Below are positions 61,991 through 64,000 of a DNA stretch of 64,000 bases, one piece after another (the first letter of the stretch is position 1; every line of letters begins with the position of its first letter). A program made the position numbers and the translations under genes. Origin of the DNA: Patescibacteria group bacterium (GTDB lineage: Bacteria; Patescibacteriota; UBA1384; UBA12157; JAENIV01). The notes beneath the pieces were generated by a model. The model worked only from the letters and a program-made list of their open reading frames with translations, searched no databases and was not told where the DNA came from. The stretch covers positions 1,519 to 65,518 of the forward strand of contig JAMCZU010000035.1 in NCBI GenBank assembly GCA_023485405.1. Direction: 5' to 3'.

Positions 61991-62080
61991 ATATATTAGA
62001 CAAATTTATTTTTTCAAGATCAAAGTTTCAAGTCAGGATAATACCTGCTATCCGCAGATGTTTCCGGACTAGAGGTTTCA

Positions 62081-62698
62081 ATGAAAGCAATTTTAGCAAG
62101 AAAAATTTTAATGACCAGGATTTTCGATGAAGATGGTATGCAGATACCCGTTACTTTAGTGAAACTGGAAAATAACATTGTTACCCAAATCAAAAATCTC
62201 CAGAAAGATGGCTACGAAGCAATCCAAATTGGTGCCGGTGAAAAAAAGAGACTTAATAAGGCCGAAGCGGGCCACATTAAAAAAGCTGATATCAAAATTA
62301 AACCTAAAGTATTGTATGAAATTAAAAATAAAGGTGATAATTACGAGTTGGGTCAGGCCTTAACTTCAGAGCAGTTCAAAGAAGAAGAAATAGTCAATGT
62401 GACCGGTGTGAGTAAAGGTAAAGGTTTTGCGGGGACAGTCAAACGTCATAATTTCCACTTAGGACCTAAAACACACGGTTCGCATAATTATCGTCAACCT
62501 GGTTCAATTGGGGCGACTTATCCTGAAAGAGTCATTAAGGGTCGCAGGATGGCGGGACATATGGGAAACGCGCGAGTGACGGTTAAAAATTTAGAAATTA
62601 TTAAAATTAATCAAGAAACAAACGAAATGATGCTTCGAGGAGCCATTCCGGGTCCTAAAAATACATCGGTTTTGATTTGGAGTCATAATGAAAATTAA
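62081..62698 (+). CDS. rplC: 50S ribosomal protein L3
   Basis: L3 signature FAGTVKRHNFHLGPKTHGS. Confidence 0.9.
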   Translation: MKAILARKILMTRIFDEDGMQIPVTLVKLENNIVTQIKNLQKDGYEAIQIGAGEKKRLNKAEAGHIKKADIKIKPKVLYEIKNKGDNYELGQALTSEQFKEEEIVNVTGVSKGKGFAGTVKRHNFHLGPKTHGSHNYRQPGSIGATYPERVIKGRRMAGHMGNARVTVKNLEIIKINQETNEMMLRGAIPGPKNTSVLIWSHNEN

Positions 62699-63323
62699 AG
62701 TTATTTCTGATAAGAAAATTGAAAAAAATATTGATCTTGCGTCAGAAATTTTTGCCGTGACTTTAAACCAAAATCTTTTAGCTCAAGTGGTTCAGACACA
62801 AATGGCTAATCGCCGACGTGCAATTGCTCATACCAAAACTCGAGGGGAAGTCTCCGGTGGTGGGCGCAAGCCTTTTCGACAAAAAGGCACAGGCAATGCC
62901 CGAGCTGGTTCCACTCGTTCGCCTCTTTGGGTTGGTGGGGGTATCACTTTTGGTCCTAGAAATGTGAGAAATTTCAGTAAACGTTTACCTCAAAAAATGT
63001 TGCAAAAAGCAATTTTTATGGCTTTTTCGGAGAAGATTAAAAATAATAAATTCATTGTCACAGAAAACTTAGAATTAGCTAAAATTGGCACCAAAGAAGT
63101 TCAATCTTTTTTGGAAAAATTACCGATTGAAGAAGGTAAAATTCTAGTTATCTTAGCTAAAACCAATATTAATTTTGAACTTTCCTCCGCTAATTTACCT
63201 TTTTTGAAAGTAATTCAAGCTCAAAATATTAACATTTTAGATATTTTAAAATTTGATTATATCTTAACTGATATTGCGGGAATTGAAGCGTTGCAAAAAA
63301 TATTTGGGAGGAAAAATGGTTGA
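62688..63323 (+). CDS. rplD: 50S ribosomal protein L4
   Basis: [19 protein letters not shown]. Confidence 0.9.
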   Translation: MKIKVISDKKIEKNIDLASEIFAVTLNQNLLAQVVQTQMANRRRAIAHTKTRGEVSGGGRKPFRQKGTGNARAGSTRSPLWVGGGITFGPRNVRNFSKRLPQKMLQKAIFMAFSEKIKNNKFIVTENLELAKIGTKEVQSFLEKLPIEEGKILVILAKTNINFELSSANLPFLKVIQAQNINILDILKFDYILTDIAGIEALQKIFGRKNG

Positions 63324-63597
63324 AGCCTTAATTGCCCCCATTATTACGGAAAAAGCAATTTCTAAAATTGAAACTGGCACTTATACTTTTAAGGTTGCTA
63401 CCAGAGCCAATAAAATTCAAATTGCCAGAGCGATTACTGATTTATATAAAGTTGAAGTGACTAAAGTTAATATTATTAATAAAAAAAGTGAAGAAGTTGT
63501 AATAAAAGGTAGATTTACCGGTCGCAAAAAAGCTTGGAAAAAAGCGATTATTACCTTAAAAAAAGGTCAAAAAATACCAGGATTCGAAGAAAAGTAA
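63316..63597 (+). CDS. rplW: 50S ribosomal protein L23. Starts at ATG 63316 with a GGGAGG RBS; the ORF track starts at 63274.
   Basis: [14 protein letters not shown]... L23 fold. Confidence 0.85.
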   Translation: MVEALIAPIITEKAISKIETGTYTFKVATRANKIQIARAITDLYKVEVTKVNIINKKSEEVVIKGRFTGRKKAWKKAIITLKKGQKIPGFEEK

Positions 63598-63598
63598 A

Positions 63599-64000
63599 AT
63601 GATTAAGCATTATAAACCGACAACTTCAGGCAGACGCAAAATGACAGTCACCGACTATTCAGTTTTGACGACTAGAAAACCGGTTAAAAAATTAACCCGC
63701 GCTTTGCCAAAATCTTCTGGTCGGGATCAAACTGGACAAATTAGCGTTCGTCATCAAGGTGGTGGGGCCAAAAGAAAATACCGAGTTTTAATTTCTTTAG
63801 ATCAAAAGTTAAATATGCCAGCCAAAATTGAAACACTAGAATATGATCCAAACCGTAGTGCTTTTATTAATTTAGTGACTTTTGAAGATAAAACTAAGGC
63901 CTATATTTTAGCGCCGGAAGGGCTAAAAGTAGGGGATGTGATTACTTCTGGCGAAGCGGAAATTTTAAAAGGTAACCGCTTACCACTTGGTAAAATTCCG
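63599..64000 (+). CDS. rplB: 50S ribosomal protein L2, 5' part; continues beyond the window
   Basis: MIKHYKPTTSGRRKMTV...RHQGGGAKRKYRV. Confidence 0.9.
   Translation, partial: MIKHYKPTTSGRRKMTVTDYSVLTTRKPVKKLTRALPKSSGRDQTGQISVRHQGGGAKRKYRVLISLDQKLNMPAKIETLEYDPNRSAFINLVTFEDKTKAYILAPEGLKVGDVITSGEAEILKGNRLPLGKIP

Overview
AT-rich bacterial chromosome segment using the standard genetic code (TGA serves as a stop codon). It looks like a small-genome organism, because infB is short and the intergenic spacers are poor in Shine-Dalgarno sequences.

Ordinary core genes:
- uvrA 3' end, rnhB, RNase P RNA and tRNA-Gln(TTG)
- gyrB-gyrA with a small gene inserted between them
- infB, a sigma-70-family sigma factor, cdaA-cdaR, an M23/LysM peptidase, obg and a Nudix hydrolase
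- rpoB-rpoC, then rpsL-rpsG ... fusA ... tuf-rpsJ-rplC-rplD-rplW-rplB, with the str operon interrupted by inserted small genes

Accessory content:
1. A copper-homeostasis locus at 4.7-14.9 kb. A minus-strand operon runs csoR, an HMA-permease-cupredoxin fusion, copZ, copA, a CcdA-like gene and a TlpA-like gene. It faces a His/Met-rich P1B ATPase that carries an atypical CPD motif, and there are two TACC-N3-GGTA palindromes that look like CsoR operators.
2. An EPS locus at 15.4-20 kb: a WbaP-like sugar transferase, a GT4 glycosyltransferase, a Wzz-like protein and DUF4012.
3. A small repeat-flanked gene at 20.1-20.8 kb encoding a wHTH plus Cas2-fold protein, followed by a GC-rich orphan gene.
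4. An AT-rich island at about 28-37 kb between gyrA and infB that resembles a defense island. It carries a PEP-CTERM protein, a type II R-M pair, a TIR-like (ThsB-like) protein followed by small membrane proteins, a Fic protein, and a Cas4-like PD-(D/E)xK nuclease. The TIR-plus-membrane cassette is the best candidate for an undescribed system.
5. A RAYT/IS200-like Y1 transposase flanked by inverted REP-like hairpins at 46.17-46.92 kb, with a related hairpin inside the str operon.
6. A promoter-to-terminator non-coding interval at about 4.86-5.22 kb that is a candidate novel ncRNA.

All calls are made by eye from the sequence and the six-frame ORF track. No database search was run.
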